In this document: piece by piece, positions 46,499 to 55,569 of the stretch | Layout: each line of letters starts with the position of its first letter | Numbering within the stretch: the stretch's first letter is position 1 | Assembly (NCBI GenBank): GCA_964424645.1 | Contig: CAYRJI010000001.1 | Location: forward strand, 1-56,227 | Reading direction: 5' to 3' | DNA length: 56,227 nucleotides | Origin: an uncultured Akkermansia sp. | GTDB lineage: Bacteria; Verrucomicrobiota; Verrucomicrobiia; Verrucomicrobiales; Akkermansiaceae | The notes under the pieces: generated by a model | Told to the model about the DNA's origin: nothing | What the model saw: only the letters and a program-made list of their open reading frames with translations | Databases searched by the model: none | Translations under genes and position numbers: made by a program

Positions 46499-48907
46499 TC
46501 ACGCTTTTCGCTTATCCCATTCCACGTAGGTCTCTAAAATACAGATAGTAAGAATCAGCATGATTGCTGCCGCAGCGCACAATATGCAATCGTTGAATAT
46601 TTTTGCCTTCAATACAACATCCGCCGGAATCTTCCGATTGACAGCATCCAAAGGGACATACAAGTACCGAGAGAATGTGCCGAAGCTGCACCACTCTGCC
46701 AATTGATCATCCTCATGTACGGTCACAAAATTGTAGTAATAGGAGTATGGAGGCGAGTTTTTAACAAACAATCCTCCTTTGATGACCTTGTCGGAAAATA
46801 ATATCTGCGGCAAGGTGAGCAGCACGGACAACAGCACAGCTAGGATTTCACCTTTGCGTTTGAAAAACACGCAAACGGCGGAAACAAACAGACCTAGAAT
46901 ACACCCCGTAGCACCGGCCATTATGAACCTCGGGAATATGTCTGCGAAGGATAAATGTTGAAAAGTATGGAGGAGCCCGTTTACGCCGTGTCCGGAAAAC
47001 TTCAGGTACCAAATGGGGACGGACATCAGGAAAGCCTGAGCAACGGCGACTGAAATGAAAAAGAGCACCTTAGAGCTCAGGAAGGCAACCGAATACGGCA
47101 CTCCCCTGTGTTCGTGCAGAAATATATTCTTTTCCTTTACAATCTCACGCACCGACTGATTCATGCCCATCCACAGCATCGCCACCAACCCGAGCAGGGC
47201 GCGATCGGCATCTGTGCCGGTAGCGACGCTGACAGCCAGCCCCAAAATGAGGGGGATTCCCAGGAATGACAGGGCGGAGAGCACAGGCGAATTCACCCAT
47301 ATCGTCACATAACGCGAGAAAAGTACCGGAAGCTTGGATATCCGCAGCGTCCCGGCGGACCGCGCAATGGCTTCGTGTTCTTTCACCGCGGTAAGGTCCC
47401 GGTACAGGGCTTCCCAGCTGTCGTAGCCTTTTTTCTCGCACACTTCATCCGGTGTTCCCTCCGCCGCTACCTCCGACCCCCCGCCGCTGTCTTCGTTTTC
47501 CAACAAAATAACGTGGTCTGCCGCTTTAATCGCTTGCAGTGAATGGGTGACATAGAGGATGGTGAGCCCCCGAGCCGACATGTCGCGTATCATCTCCAAT
47601 ATCTCCTCCTCGGTGGCATAATCCAGTCCCGTCGTCGGTTCATCCAGCAAAAGCAAATCCGGGATGTCGACAATTTCCGAAGCAATACTCACGCGTTTGA
47701 TTTGCCCGCCGCTCAATTGATCGATCACGTGGTCTTTGAAGGAAAGCATACCCGTCGCACGGAGTACCCCGTTCACCCTAGCCTCGCGTAAACTCGCGTT
47801 CATCCCCTGCCCCGCCTGCATCTCTACGGCATATCCGACACACTGTCCGACCGTCAGTTCCCGGTGTACAATGTCAAATTGGGGAACGAGGGAGACATGT
47901 TCGGTCGCCCACCGGTCATACTCCTCCTTCGCAGCTCCGTCTACCTCAATTTTACCCGACGATTGCTTTCTCCCGCCGGAAAGTACACGCATGAGGGTGG
48001 ATTTGCCGCAACCGCTACGCCCTACAAGTGCGGTCACCTTGCCCCGGGGTACACTGCACGAGACATGATTGAGGACAAGGTGCTTCCCGTAAGCAACCCG
48101 GAGGTCCCGCACCGCCAACCCCACACCCTTCGTATCCTTCTCTTTATCAAACCGGAAGGCATTCATCCCCGCATCGTAAATATATTTCCTGCCTCTGACG
48201 CAAAAGCGATCACCATCCTCGAGGGCATGATCAATGAATGCTTTGTTTCGCAACAGAATGGCATCTTTCTCGAATGAATAAACCCTCTTTTCGAAGGCAT
48301 TGATCGCGGCTAGGCATCCCTCCCGAAACTCCGGCGGCAGGTGAAGAGTCCCATCCTCTCCCTCGCATAGAAAGACGATGCCCTCCCCGGGAAGGCGTAT
48401 ATCCTTCCCCGCCCCTTCCCCGCTGTCTGTCGAATGGGCACGCTCATCTTTGAATCGAAATTCCAACCGTAGCCCAACCACGTTTGCCAAGGTAAACCCA
48501 TTTTCCGGAGGCAGGGGGCAGACTTCATTCTTCCTCAGTGCCTTGTCCCCCACATGTGTCGCATTGTCCGTCAGACTCTGTATGTAAAAGCACCCCTCCG
48601 CCTCGTTGTATTCCAATCTGCAATGCTCTCTGGATACCGTTTCTGCCCCATACAAGACCGGAGTCATTCGCCTACCTATGATCGCCGGAAGCTCTTTTAT
48701 CCGGCATTGCCTTCCGTCTAGGGTACAGAGCCAAATTTCAACGTCGTTCAGCGTGCCGATATACGCTGCACTCAGCTCATGATGCGGAAACTCCCACTTG
48801 TGCCTACACTTCGGACATTTATACCTCTTCTCATCCCTCCTTTGCCCCGATGATGCGCATTTACACTTCGGACAAAGGAGAAACCCGCTCGCAAGTCGCT
48901 TTGCCAT
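46499..48907 (-). CDS. FHA-domain ABC transporter (Zn ribbon, FHA, degenerate FHA, ATPase, ABC-2 membrane domain)
   Basis: CPKC..CPKC; IGR..VSREHC..N FHA motif; GRSGCGKS, LSGGQ, LLLDEPT; REIVKE permease motif. Confidence 0.88.
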   Translation of the reverse strand: MAKRLASGFLLCPKCKCASSGQRRDEKRYKCPKCRHKWEFPHHELSAAYIGTLNDVEIWLCTLDGRQCRIKELPAIIGRRMTPVLYGAETVSREHCRLEYNEAEGCFYIQSLTDNATHVGDKALRKNEVCPLPPENGFTLANVVGLRLEFRFKDERAHSTDSGEGAGKDIRLPGEGIVFLCEGEDGTLHLPPEFREGCLAAINAFEKRVYSFEKDAILLRNKAFIDHALEDGDRFCVRGRKYIYDAGMNAFRFDKEKDTKGVGLAVRDLRVAYGKHLVLNHVSCSVPRGKVTALVGRSGCGKSTLMRVLSGGRKQSSGKIEVDGAAKEEYDRWATEHVSLVPQFDIVHRELTVGQCVGYAVEMQAGQGMNASLREARVNGVLRATGMLSFKDHVIDQLSGGQIKRVSIASEIVDIPDLLLLDEPTTGLDYATEEEILEMIRDMSARGLTILYVTHSLQAIKAADHVILLENEDSGGGSEVAAEGTPDEVCEKKGYDSWEALYRDLTAVKEHEAIARSAGTLRISKLPVLFSRYVTIWVNSPVLSALSFLGIPLILGLAVSVATGTDADRALLGLVAMLWMGMNQSVREIVKEKNIFLHEHRGVPYSVAFLSSKVLFFISVAVAQAFLMSVPIWYLKFSGHGVNGLLHTFQHLSFADIFPRFIMAGATGCILGLFVSAVCVFFKRKGEILAVLLSVLLTLPQILFSDKVIKGGLFVKNSPPYSYYYNFVTVHEDDQLAEWCSFGTFSRYLYVPLDAVNRKIPADVVLKAKIFNDCILCAAAAIMLILTICILETYVEWDKRKA

Positions 48908-48928
48908 AGCACCCTGCTAGTTTCGGAC

Positions 48929-50167
48929 TCAATTATCCTGCACCTCGCACTCGTACTCTACATCAAACTTCGGTTCTGTCTCCATCGTAGCATCAAAGAG
49001 TAGGTGGTGACGTGATACCTCCTTGTACTGAACGTAGCCCTGTAGCCCGGCACTCGTAATCACCCCGTGCTCATCCGGTCTAATCGCCTTCCCTCTAACC
49101 CGAGTTATTTCTCCCCTCACGGTATTTCCCCCTTCCGGACTAACCACACTTATTTGACCATCTATTAGCCGTATGCATTTATTAACTCCTTTGTCTCTCC
49201 GTCTAAAATCGGCACTCCGTTCCACGGTGATCTCGCCCTTGATTTTCCCCTCGAGCCGAGGATCTATCAGCCCGGAGAAAACATCTGCATTGATCTTCCA
49301 TTCTTTCCCTACAGCCACCTCTTTTTCAGGCATCAGATAATGATCCATGACATAATTGGTGCGGATAATGATTGCTTGTTCTTCTTTTGTAAGCTGGGGA
49401 CAGTTGATAGGATCAATTCTCGTTACCCCCATTCCGTCTTTGAAGGTGATGCGCACCGTTTTCCCTTCTAAAATCCTACCATCTTTTTCTTTACTAAGCA
49501 TCTTTATTTTGTCCGCGATTACATTTGGGCCAAAGACTTTGATTAGAAAGGGCATCATTCTCTCAGGTACCTTATCAAATCGAACTACGTGGTTAGCAAG
49601 TTTAACCGCATCCCTCCCTGACGCTAGTCCCCCCGTTATTCCACGGACAAAGCCATCTATAAAGTCGCTCACCACCCCCTCCTCCGGCAGGGATAACTCG
49701 GCAGAAACATCGGTAACAACGCAGTTTTCACCGACATGATCAAAGCTTCTTTCTTCCACAATGGTCCTACCGTCATTTTTGATAATTTTCCCGGTCGTCT
49801 TCATCGTGTAGATATAATTAAAGTTGGCTGCAGTTTGTATAGATCCCCAATCTCTTTTCTTTGCACGACCGGAGACCTTGCCTACTATAGCACTGTGGTA
49901 GGTTTTCCCCTCTTCACGTAGATTTTGTAGAATCTCAGGGCTATTGATAGGACGATACTCCGGAAGTAACGGATCATCCGGCTTCACATGTATTGTTTTC
50001 TCGGGCTTGTCATCACCCCCTCTATCCACATCCACGATAGGAGGGGATGGAGGAGGCGGGGGCGGTACCGGCTGTGGTCTATTTATCTCAATAATAACAT
50101 GCACCACTGCCGCAACAATGACGGCAATGAGAGCAATTGTCGCAAGTACTTTGATGAGTGTATTCAT
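48929..50167 (-). CDS. Membrane-anchored hypothetical protein with poly-Pro linker
   Basis: N-terminal TM, PPPPPPSPP, beta-rich remainder; 21- and 26-nt gaps to neighbours. Confidence 0.8.
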   Translation of the reverse strand: MNTLIKVLATIALIAVIVAAVVHVIIEINRPQPVPPPPPPSPPIVDVDRGGDDKPEKTIHVKPDDPLLPEYRPINSPEILQNLREEGKTYHSAIVGKVSGRAKKRDWGSIQTAANFNYIYTMKTTGKIIKNDGRTIVEERSFDHVGENCVVTDVSAELSLPEEGVVSDFIDGFVRGITGGLASGRDAVKLANHVVRFDKVPERMMPFLIKVFGPNVIADKIKMLSKEKDGRILEGKTVRITFKDGMGVTRIDPINCPQLTKEEQAIIIRTNYVMDHYLMPEKEVAVGKEWKINADVFSGLIDPRLEGKIKGEITVERSADFRRRDKGVNKCIRLIDGQISVVSPEGGNTVRGEITRVRGKAIRPDEHGVITSAGLQGYVQYKEVSRHHLLFDATMETEPKFDVEYECEVQDN

Positions 50168-50193
50168 AGTTGGGTTTTGGTTGAAGGTTGAAA

Positions 50194-52806
50194 CTAGTCT
50201 GCTTTGTAGTATATCTCGATAGTCGTCCCATCGTCAAATCTCCACCTGCCCGACGTACTATCCGGGCTTATCTTGCCTCTACCAAGTTGTGGATGCGCCT
50301 TGTCGAAAGTGTCCCCATCTTTCAAACTGCATCGTATTTCATCTTCCTCTATATCAAACATGAAATCTCTGTCTACCTCTACTTCGAACCATTGTCTTCC
50401 TTTGATATTTTTTGACTTATCTTTTGACGTATTATACAACTCGTCCTCACGGCGTCCCCGAGTGAAACGGCTTATGCACACCTCGGGATCTGCGTCAAAC
50501 TTTCCCTTCATTTCTTTATAATATTCATCGCTCATTGAGACAACAACACGCTCGATGTGCACCCTGTAGACGGTTGGCTTGCCAATTCCTCGGATAGGGG
50601 CACGCTGATACCAATACTCTGCTACGCAGCGTGTTGCATATGTCGGTTGTTTAATATGCCCTATGACAGCATTTCTTAACTTATTCAAGTGCGCACGATG
50701 TTCTTCATTACACTCCGACCAGTCCATCCCCGAGAGCTCGTCAATTTTGATCGCCTGACTGTCTCGAGAATTTCCAATGTCCAGAATCCTACCACTGGCC
50801 GCTCGCAGAAGGAATTCAGAAAGTTCATTTCTGTATGACGAGAATTCTCCTTCGTGAAAAATCGTAACAAATTCGCGGATTCGTTCCACACATTCCTCGT
50901 AGTAGATATCTGCTTTCTTCTGATGCGATTGTTTTTCCTCATCGTCAATGTATGATTTAATAATGTATGATTTATACTGTTCAGCTATCCATTGCAACAT
51001 TTGACCTGAGCGAGTATCGTCCGGGTATTTCTCCTTATACTTATCCACTGCCTCCCGAGCTCCTGCATAGTCCTTCGCATCGCACATTTTTTCAATACGA
51101 TCCAGCAAACAAGAATAATCGTACTCTTTCCGCGCATTCTCAACTTGACCTCTCAAATTGTCGATAAAGTCTCTTCCGACAATATTTGCGCTTGCGAGAT
51201 TATCCAACTCCTTTAATGCCTCACTATACTGATGCCGAGTTATCTTTGTGTCGACATCGTTCTTGTATGCACGCTGAAAATTTTCGCGTAGTTTTTCTCT
51301 ATATCCCCATGCAAGCTTGCTCTTGGCGTATTTATCTATCTTTAGCACATCAAGGCATTTCCAACAGCCATCAATATTCAATTTGCCATCCTGCAAGGGC
51401 TTCATCTTTTCTTCAAGCTCCGCATCCGTTTCTAGGTGTGGGAGGATTGTATCTTTAATTTTCTTCACCCTAGGATCCTGACTGTATCCTGCTTCCCATT
51501 TTTTTATGAAAGCATTACACCTCTCGATGCGATCTCTCACGCTGAGTTGCTCAAACTCTCTCCCATGCAATTTCTCGTACTCCCCGCGCATTTTTTCTTC
51601 CTCTTTCTCGGTCTCCCTGCGCAAACCGGGGACAACTTTTTCGTACGCGGATTCTCCCATCCAGAGAGGTCTGGGTATATTTTCTATTTCCTGCAACGCA
51701 ACACTCTTATCCGTCTTCCTTGCAGCATCCTCTATTTTGTTCCCTATAACATAATCACCGGTGAACCACGCTACAGTAGAAATAGCTCCGATGAACAAAA
51801 CCGTGAGCAGCGATCGAAGCAATATTTTCTTTCTCCGCCTCCGCCGTCTCTCATCCCCAACAGATACCGCTGTACGTTCAAGCGCGGAAGAAAGCTCATC
51901 CGGGGACGCGAAACGCTCTTCCAAATTATCGGCAACCATCAGTCGAATGAGATCATCCACATCCCTACCTGAACCTGACGGATTCTCCTTCCCCTCTTTC
52001 ACATACTTCGAGGGATATTCCGTACCCACGCGGGGGCATGTACCGATAAGGGCTTCCCATGCAACCTTGCCCAAGGAGTAAATATCACTCCGAATGTCTA
52101 CCTTCTTCCCCCTGATTTGTTCCGGCGACATGTAATCCCACGTTCCCTCATTGCTGATCAGGGTTTGCATGACTTGCTGTCCCTCATCATGCGCAATTCC
52201 GAAATCAACGAGCACCCATCTCCGGTTATTCTCATCGTATATCAGATTGTCGGGCTTAATATCACGGTGACTTACACCGTTGCTGTTCATGAATAGCAGA
52301 GCCTGATTCACGTGCTTCAAAAGCGTTTCGACCTCGTCCCAAGGCAGCACTGATCTGCTCTGCAGCACCTGTCGCAGTGTTGCCCCCTGCACCAGCTCCA
52401 TGACCAAGTAGGGACGCTTCCTCCCCTTGTCCTCTATACTGCCGCTATCCAACCATTGTGCTATGTATGGGCAGGTCGCGGACTGACAGAGGTGGCGCAG
52501 AGTTTCACATTCCCGCTCGAAGCGAGCATCTGCGCCCGGCATATCGTGCGGTATCTTAATGATGACCTCCTGCCCACTCTCCTTATTTCGCCCCTTGTAT
52601 GTACACCCCATCCCCCCCGTGGAAAAATGCTCCAGTGCCTCATAATCCTTCCCCACGTCAAACGGAGGAGTAAGAACATCATCCCTGTCTGCACTCGGAC
52701 TTGATCCGGACGAAAGCTTTTCCCACCTACTCGGAATTGTCACTTGCGAGCGACTATCCCGTGTGTCCCGCTTTGGCGATGTATGTGCTCTGTCACTTGA
52801 TGTCAT
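50194..52806 (-). CDS. Hanks-type Ser/Thr kinase with TM, helical extracytoplasmic region and C2-like C-terminus
   Basis: GGMG, VIIK, RFERE, HRDIKPDN, DFG, YMSPEQ, DIYSLG; RRRRRRKK then TM. Confidence 0.95.
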   Translation of the reverse strand: MTSSDRAHTSPKRDTRDSRSQVTIPSRWEKLSSGSSPSADRDDVLTPPFDVGKDYEALEHFSTGGMGCTYKGRNKESGQEVIIKIPHDMPGADARFERECETLRHLCQSATCPYIAQWLDSGSIEDKGRKRPYLVMELVQGATLRQVLQSRSVLPWDEVETLLKHVNQALLFMNSNGVSHRDIKPDNLIYDENNRRWVLVDFGIAHDEGQQVMQTLISNEGTWDYMSPEQIRGKKVDIRSDIYSLGKVAWEALIGTCPRVGTEYPSKYVKEGKENPSGSGRDVDDLIRLMVADNLEERFASPDELSSALERTAVSVGDERRRRRRKKILLRSLLTVLFIGAISTVAWFTGDYVIGNKIEDAARKTDKSVALQEIENIPRPLWMGESAYEKVVPGLRRETEKEEEKMRGEYEKLHGREFEQLSVRDRIERCNAFIKKWEAGYSQDPRVKKIKDTILPHLETDAELEEKMKPLQDGKLNIDGCWKCLDVLKIDKYAKSKLAWGYREKLRENFQRAYKNDVDTKITRHQYSEALKELDNLASANIVGRDFIDNLRGQVENARKEYDYSCLLDRIEKMCDAKDYAGAREAVDKYKEKYPDDTRSGQMLQWIAEQYKSYIIKSYIDDEEKQSHQKKADIYYEECVERIREFVTIFHEGEFSSYRNELSEFLLRAASGRILDIGNSRDSQAIKIDELSGMDWSECNEEHRAHLNKLRNAVIGHIKQPTYATRCVAEYWYQRAPIRGIGKPTVYRVHIERVVVSMSDEYYKEMKGKFDADPEVCISRFTRGRREDELYNTSKDKSKNIKGRQWFEVEVDRDFMFDIEEDEIRCSLKDGDTFDKAHPQLGRGKISPDSTSGRWRFDDGTTIEIYYKAD

Positions 52807-53041
52807 ACAAATTTCCTTATTTACAAATTTTCTGTTACACTGACAGCTTTTTCGGTATCCTCGGTCTCCTCACTCTCCCATCCAACCGCACATAACAACC
52901 ACCTGCTCCCACGTACGACAGTCACAGCGGGTGCAAGCGGCATCAACCCGCACGCAATGCTCTCTCCTCCGGTAGTTGTCCTCATGACTTGTACAATGTC
53001 TATGGCTGCCTTGCGACCGCAGTGTATTCCGGTCATGCGGA

Positions 53042-53238
53042 GTCTATCTCATTACAAATGCTATAACCCTACCTCATCAACATTACATACTCATTTATAA
53101 TGCAATACATCTTTGTTAAATTACAAATTGCGCTTGTGCGACTGCCAAGTTCGTTCGCTCTCCATATCGCGATGGACTCTGTGAAATAGGGGATTAATGA
53201 ACTTTCATACTTGACACCGCATTTGTAAAGAGATACAC
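53042..53238. promoter_or_regulatory. Candidate invertible promoter: 20-bp inverted repeats around a 157-bp segment
   Basis: gtctatctcattacaaatgc (53042-53061) vs gcatttgtaaagagatacac (53219-53238), 18/20; TTGACA inside, TAGACT at the outer edge of the left repeat. Confidence 0.6.
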
Positions 53239-53349
53239 AAGCAGAATTTTTTCGCAAAGCGGTATGTATCAACTTCTTCACGCTAAAATTCGTCCCAAAA
53301 GCGAGACGCGATTTGCCACACACGCCCCCACCGCTTCACCACGCACCAT

Positions 53350-53475
53350 CCTCTCCGGCTTCGCAGCCACATCCCGCGCAACGGAGTTGCGCCAATTTTC
53401 TACTTCGTACTTCGTACCTCGTACCTCGTACTTGGCGTTCGCCCCGCCGCCTACGGTTGTTCTCCTTCCCCGCTT
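53350..53475 (+). repeat. Heptamer element copy (4 heptamers)
   Basis: gcgcaacggagttgcgc, cttcgtacttcgtacctcgtacctcgtacttg; tail shared with 46432-46462. Confidence 0.9.
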
Positions 53476-53520
53476 CCCGTCCTGCACCTCATTCTCCCCT
53501 CCCTTCCCTTCCTCCTCCGC

Positions 53521-55569
53521 CTAATGCCCACTTACATGCAGTCGTAGACTTCCTGCCTTAGGGTAATCCCAACCCTTAAGTTTGACATTGAAGGGTACCT
53601 CTTCGCCATCCGCATTAATCTGTATCGCGGCACTGTTGCGACCATCGAGCCGGACAGCGTTGATTGTCCCCTCTTCAACATCGCTGGCATCTACGCGTAC
53701 ATTCACCCAAATTTTGCCCGGTTCACTTTGTCTGTCGGGGATTGGTTCTACTGCAAAGCGCATACCATCGACCTCTACGATGATTTCACGTTGGGCGGTC
53801 TTGCGCACCTCATCGGCGATGTTCCGTATCTCATCGGCAATCCTGCGTGCTTCGTTCGCGCGCACCTCATCTATGCGACCGGGGTGGTGTCCGGCGTACC
53901 GGGCGATCCCCCTAGCATCGTTTTCCGCATCACGCGCTGCTTGGCTCGCCTCACGTGATATCTCGTTAGCCCTTTGCGTGTCGCCGCTTCGTGCCGCTTC
54001 CTTCACATCATCGAGTAACTTTTTCACCTCGTCTCGCGCTGAATAAATTTCCACCATTGCCCCAAAAGGATCAAAATGGGCTGCGGCAACACGAGCTCTG
54101 TTGGCATGACTTTGCGCATCTTTTGCATTTTGAATATTTTCACGACTCGGGAATCTGCGAGATTTCTCCTCGGCGCGATCCGCCGCCGCTTGACTCCGTG
54201 CCGCTTCCCTCTTCGCCTCCGCAGCAGGTCCGTCCTCGGCATTGTTCGCGGCTTCCTCAGCCTCCTCGACATCTCTGTATGTTACCGGCGGCAATTTCTC
54301 CAAATCATCCACCCACACGGCGGTGTCGCGCTGCGGCGTTCCCTCCCCAGACACCACACCGAGGACTCGCCCTTGGCTATCCAGCACCGGGCAGCCGCTT
54401 AAGTCGGAGTCTAAGCCTGCGTCGTGGGAGAAATGCGTGACACCGTCCGATGTCTCATCCACAGTATTGATTTTACTAGGCTTAAGGAAAGAGTCCGTGT
54501 CCTTCTTGCGCAGGTCATATACGTAAACTTCCTCGCCGAGCTTCGGTTCCTCTCCGTCACGCGGTTCAAGGTAGGGGATGCGCTTATCGACATTTGCCCT
54601 GAACACAGCAAGCCATTCATCGTTATTGACATGAACATCACCTATGGTATAACTCGTACCGTTCGGCGATATTACCCGATAACTCACTCCCGGCGTTCCG
54701 TACTCCTTCAGCGCATCGGCTCCGACAATCATGGTGCCGTCGAGATTTACGGCAAAGGCTTCCGATGTCCCAATGACCTCCCCATTTCTGATGGATTGCA
54801 CCTCGTAGAGGGACTGCTTCACCCGTTCAACATCTACAGGGAGAGGCGGGGAGTCTGTCCCTGTCCATCTCTCTATTACATCCTTGATGTAGTTGTATAC
54901 TTTTTCGCCGTACTCGCGGCACAACCACGTGCCTCCGCCCACGAGGACCATACACAGGATAGCAAGGAGGATGCGTCTTAACCATTTCCGAGGTGTCGGG
55001 GAAGGAGGAGGAGGAGGAGGATATTTCTTCGACCAATCAAAGATCGTAATCGGCGGTCCGGCATCTCGCTTCTCCAATCCCCACAAAACCGCAAGCTTGT
55101 CTTTCCCGTACACTAGGTAAAGTTCCGGAGAATAACTCGGGTCCGGCAGACTGAAATTCTCGACCACTCGTTTTATGTCCGGATCGGCACCTGTCCTGCT
55201 CACTTCCTGCTCTAACTCCCTAATCTTGCCTACGAGTTCCCGGTGCGCAGCCTGAGGAATATCCGCAATATTCTTTATACATCTACTGCTGCCGAGGACC
55301 TCTTTACCCCCCGCTACCATACTCGCGGTCACCGTATCATTTTCCGGATCGTACTCCATTCGCGGTAAAAACGGATGAAGCTTACCCAGCAAAAACTCCT
55401 GATATTCAGGGTACCAGTAACTGATCCCCCGCTCCGATACCATCAATCGCGTGTACTTTTCCAGCTTAACCTCAATGCCCCTCCCTTGTACACACCTGAT
55501 GTCCGCATCGACATGCTTCTCCCCCTGACGTTTAAAAAAACTCATTTTAGCTTTATTTGGTGGTTTCAA
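53521..55569 (-). CDS. Membrane protein: cytoplasmic N-domain, TM, trypsin-like domain (probably inactive), coiled coil, C-terminal beta domain
   Basis: SHDAGLDSDLSGCPVLDSQGRVLGV trypsin_2-like motif; poly-Pro plus TM; Ala/Glu/Arg-rich helix. Confidence 0.8.
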   Translation of the reverse strand: MKPPNKAKMSFFKRQGEKHVDADIRCVQGRGIEVKLEKYTRLMVSERGISYWYPEYQEFLLGKLHPFLPRMEYDPENDTVTASMVAGGKEVLGSSRCIKNIADIPQAAHRELVGKIRELEQEVSRTGADPDIKRVVENFSLPDPSYSPELYLVYGKDKLAVLWGLEKRDAGPPITIFDWSKKYPPPPPPSPTPRKWLRRILLAILCMVLVGGGTWLCREYGEKVYNYIKDVIERWTGTDSPPLPVDVERVKQSLYEVQSIRNGEVIGTSEAFAVNLDGTMIVGADALKEYGTPGVSYRVISPNGTSYTIGDVHVNNDEWLAVFRANVDKRIPYLEPRDGEEPKLGEEVYVYDLRKKDTDSFLKPSKINTVDETSDGVTHFSHDAGLDSDLSGCPVLDSQGRVLGVVSGEGTPQRDTAVWVDDLEKLPPVTYRDVEEAEEAANNAEDGPAAEAKREAARSQAAADRAEEKSRRFPSRENIQNAKDAQSHANRARVAAAHFDPFGAMVEIYSARDEVKKLLDDVKEAARSGDTQRANEISREASQAARDAENDARGIARYAGHHPGRIDEVRANEARRIADEIRNIADEVRKTAQREIIVEVDGMRFAVEPIPDRQSEPGKIWVNVRVDASDVEEGTINAVRLDGRNSAAIQINADGEEVPFNVKLKGWDYPKAGSLRLHVSGH

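Noticed and set aside
52821-53036. 71-aa ORF ahead of the kinase
   Set aside because: No recognisable features, and its ATG is only 4 nt from the -10 box, probably upstream of the TSS; left uncalled though not excluded.
875-53475. Repeats as integron attC sites
   Set aside because: No integrase and no consistent RYYYAAC/GTTRRRY ends; copies also flank housekeeping operons.
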